DNA of 63,904 bases, the filler included, from Octopus bimaculoides (lineage: Eukaryota): NCBI RefSeq assembly GCF_001194135.2. It is 4 parts of 4 records of this genome, joined end to end, with 100 filler letters (N's around TTAATTAATTAA, not from the genome) between each part and the next. Parts side by side here need not be neighbours in the genome. Positions count along the whole stretch, not along the records: positions 62,284 to 63,904 come from NW_026376060.1; 3 more parts are not named here. The stretch is one strand, 5' to 3'. The notes beneath the pieces are model-generated. The model was not told the origin of the DNA, ran no database searches, and saw only the letters and a program-made list of their open reading frames with translations. Of the stretch, positions 62,284 to 63,904 are shown piece after piece. A program made the translations under genes and the position numbers. Position 1 is the first letter of the stretch. Each line of letters begins with the position of its first letter.

Positions 62284-63640
62284 GGTCGCGGGCATAAATT
62301 AGGGACTTATTTAATAGGATAGGTGAAATACTAACATAATAATTAGATATATAGAATTGTATAAACGAAAAGTCTCTCTTACATTGGATAGAGTTGAACC
62401 AAATCAAAACGTCCTCAGTATTGACCCATATGTTGAGTGGGATGTGAGGTTTAATTCGTGGAATTACTCCGTCTAGGATAGTTTTACTTAGTCTGCCTAT
62501 GTCTGATTTAGTAGGGCATATAAGCCTCACTTGTAATTTCTCTGGGAATCCTGTCTTATGGTCCTTAATAGTAATCCATGGTTCCTGGGGGATGAGTGGC
62601 TCCGTCCTTTCTAGTAAATTTAGCTTGGACGTGACTTCCTTTATTTTGTTGTTGATTTCTATTAGGTTATCTGATGACGTTACCTTGTATTTTTTATGGA
62701 GTTCCTTAACTATTAGCGATTTGTATGTATTAAAGTCCAGTTTATACCAGTTACCTGTTTTGTCTGCTGGTATGATTAAATTATCTTCATTTTTTATGGA
62801 TTTTAAAAACTGTTTTAGTTCGTCCAGGTGGTTGTTGCTAACAGTACTGTGTTTTTTTTAGTTTGATTTTTCCTATAAATTCGAGGATATCCTTTTCGAA
62901 GCTTTCTAGTTCGGAGTTCGGTGGTGGGTTTCTTCTACTTTTAAATATTTTCTTGTTCATGATATCCTCCTGGTTGGTGCTTGGTTTGTTTTTATTTTTA
63001 TTGTCAAAGTGATATGCGGCCCATCTAATTCACCTCAGGAAATCCGTGGTCCTGTGGATAAGGGCCGTCATGTAGGTGTCGTCCGTGTGTAGTGGTATGT
63101 CCTTGGGAGAGAAATTGGTGTGAATCCTTTGTATCATTGTTCATTTGTCAAGTATTAAAAGTTGACGTGGGCATGTAAATACCAGTCAGATGGACAACGT
63201 GAATCACGTAGGTAAATTGAAATTTAGAGGTAATACTTGACAATTGTAAGCACCTGTATATTCCAGCTAGTGGTTGCGGTAAAAGAATAAATTGTAAATC
63301 CCAAAAATAACAACAAAACTACAAAGGATTCCGCGGTACACGTGTTTCAAGCTTTATATGTGTATAATATAATATGTGTATAATTTACAATGTAAAGCTA
63401 TCCTCAGCCGCAAAATTATTTCTCTCCCTGGAAATTATACCACCTCGGCGTTGAAGTAGGAAGAAAGGTGTGATGTAAGGGGTGAAGATCCTTTCGGTAT
63501 TCTGTATAGTACTATACCTCGTATCATTCTCCACCCAGACATAATCTCTCTGGTCCTCCGAAAACCTTCCATACCTTGCCACGATTCAGTGTGTAGTGTT
63601 AAGTTGGTGGTTAAGAACAATACAATACAATAAAAAGACA
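62284..63640 (-). mobile_element. Penelope-like element 5-prime part with upstream pLTR/HHR
   Basis: FSPKDIP...ALIHRTTDFLR*IRWAAY; FKSRRNPP..ELESFEKDI; IIPADKTGNWY; IKDHK..FP...VRLICPTKSDIGRLSKTILD; WVNTEDVLIWFNSI...FIQFYISNYYVSI (FDIxxFYPSI-like). Confidence 0.85.
63328..63416 (-). ncRNA. type I hammerhead ribozyme motif with long stem II loop
   Basis: ATTTTGCGG-CTGAGGA-T-AGCTTTA(36 nt)TAAAGCT-T-GAA-ACACGTGT-A-CCGCGGAAT; 9-bp stem I, 7-bp stem II, palindromic stem III, GUA triplet. Confidence 0.8.
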
Positions 63641-63719
63641 TACACAGATATTCATGTAAAAAAGTAAGAATAAATTTAAAATAAAACTAAATATATATAT
63701 ATATATGTATATATATATA

Positions 63720-63838
63720 TTCATCATCATCATCATCATCATCGTTTAACGTCCGCTTTCCATGCTAGCATGGGTTGGACGATTTGACTGAGGACTGGTG
63801 AAACCGGATGGCAACACCAGGCTCCAGTCTGATTTGTC
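63720..63838 (-). mobile_element. RTE-type LINE/SINE 3-prime tail with (GAT)n
   Basis: (CAT)n then CGTTTAACGTCCGCTTTCCATGCTAGCATGGGTTGGACG, which I recognise as a common octopus RTE-related 3-prime end. Confidence 0.7.
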
Positions 63839-63872
63839 AGATTCATATATACATATATATATATATTTATGA

Positions 63873-63904
<32 letters not shown>

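Overview
AT-rich, gappy eukaryotic genomic DNA, almost certainly from an octopus: the dominant short repeats are the tRNA-derived SINE types I recognise from Octopus genomes. No rRNA, functional tRNA, CRISPR array or confidently identifiable host gene is present. Nearly all listed ORFs are microsatellite or N-gap artefacts. The window is a transposon graveyard. It holds a pogo (DD35D) element, three mariner relics, a Tc1/maT-like relic, CR1/L2-, Tx1-, RTE-, R4/Dong- and CRE-type non-LTR fragments, about 25 SINE copies from at least four families, and four Penelope-like element (PLE) fragments with divergent protein sequences. Three 100-bp gaps contain an artificial TTAATTAATTAA linker, so adjacency across them is unverified. 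The most interesting signal is a set of minimal type I hammerhead-ribozyme (HHR) motifs. Three fold completely (48040-48083, 50959-50995, 63328-63416); each departs differently from the canonical core and has a stem III that favours a dimer. A two-copy unit also joins a tRNA-like Pol III head, an (AAT)n tract and an HHR-bearing tail, once standing alone and once directly after a PLE ORF. Also notable are a 308-codon decayed frame with possible Maverick/Polinton-type protein-primed PolB motifs (25995-26918) and a 150-bp foldback (37773-37921). All family calls come from motif recognition by eye and need database confirmation; many element boundaries are approximate.
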